IMG/VR virus record: IMGVR_UViG_3300012987_000011
Span: 1-54,992 of that record
Source of the DNA: a virus
Lineage: Duplodnaviria > Caudoviricetes
Strand: one strand, 5' to 3'
Length of the DNA stretch: 54,992 nt
Shown here: positions 54,802 to 54,992 of the stretch, one piece after another
Position numbering within the stretch: position 1 is the first letter of the stretch
How the letters are laid out: each line of letters opens with the position of its first letter
The notes under the pieces: generated by a model
Databases searched by the model: none
Seen by the model: only the letters and a program-made list of their open reading frames with translations
What the model was told of the DNA's origin: nothing
Made by a program: the position numbers and the translations under genes

Positions 54802-54992
54802 AGTGTCGCCGACAATCCGAGGGACACCAGGGTGGCCGGGCCGGCGATGCCGTCCACGACGAGGCCGGCGCGGCGCTGGAACTCCTTGACCACCCACAGG
54901 GTTTGGGCGCCGAACTCGCCGTCGACATCGAGCTTGGAGTACAGCGGGTAGTTCTTGTTGAGCGTGCGCTGCAACACTTTCACGCGCTCGCC
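54798..54992 (-). CDS. lysA: Lysin A, C-terminal peptidoglycan-binding domain (partial)
   Basis: 'VKVLQRTLN..YP.YSKLDVDGEFG..T..VVKEFQRRAGL.VDGIAGPAT...LGL'; GTGA overlap with lysB. Confidence 0.85.
   Translation of the reverse strand, partial: GERVKVLQRTLNKNYPLYSKLDVDGEFGAQTLWVVKEFQRRAGLVVDGIAGPATLVSLGLSATL

Overview
A 55-kb segment of a GC-rich, siphovirus-type actinobacteriophage (most likely a mycobacteriophage, given lysin B, WhiB and a CDGP-type secreted protein). Nearly every gene is on the minus strand. In transcription order (high to low coordinates) it carries: lysis cassette; replication and recombination genes (exonuclease, SSB, Prim-Pol, AAA helicase, putative ori, EndoVII, WhiB, C5 DNA methylase); many small hypothetical genes; a ~1-kb non-coding, repeat-rich region (candidate genome terminus); a compositionally distinct 4.2-kb 'pre-early' block; an accessory region studded with a 12-copy asymmetric DNA motif; a three-glycosyltransferase plus methyltransferase operon; HNH/terminase/portal/capsid/tail genes; and a tape measure gene cut by the window edge. 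No integrase, tRNA or CRISPR array was seen. The most unusual signals are: (i) the 32.6-36.8 kb block, which lacks several common 6-bp palindromes, is rich in CGGCCG, is punctuated by two near-identical hairpins and ends in a repeat zone (reminiscent of a T5-like first-step-transfer region); (ii) the GCGCA-N4-CCCCACCC motif, which also creates identical MSATTPP N-termini; (iii) a 717-aa protein with four tandem DUF2829/Tad2-like repeats; (iv) a ~176-nt structured intergenic RNA candidate. All functional calls come from motif recognition by eye; no database searches were run.
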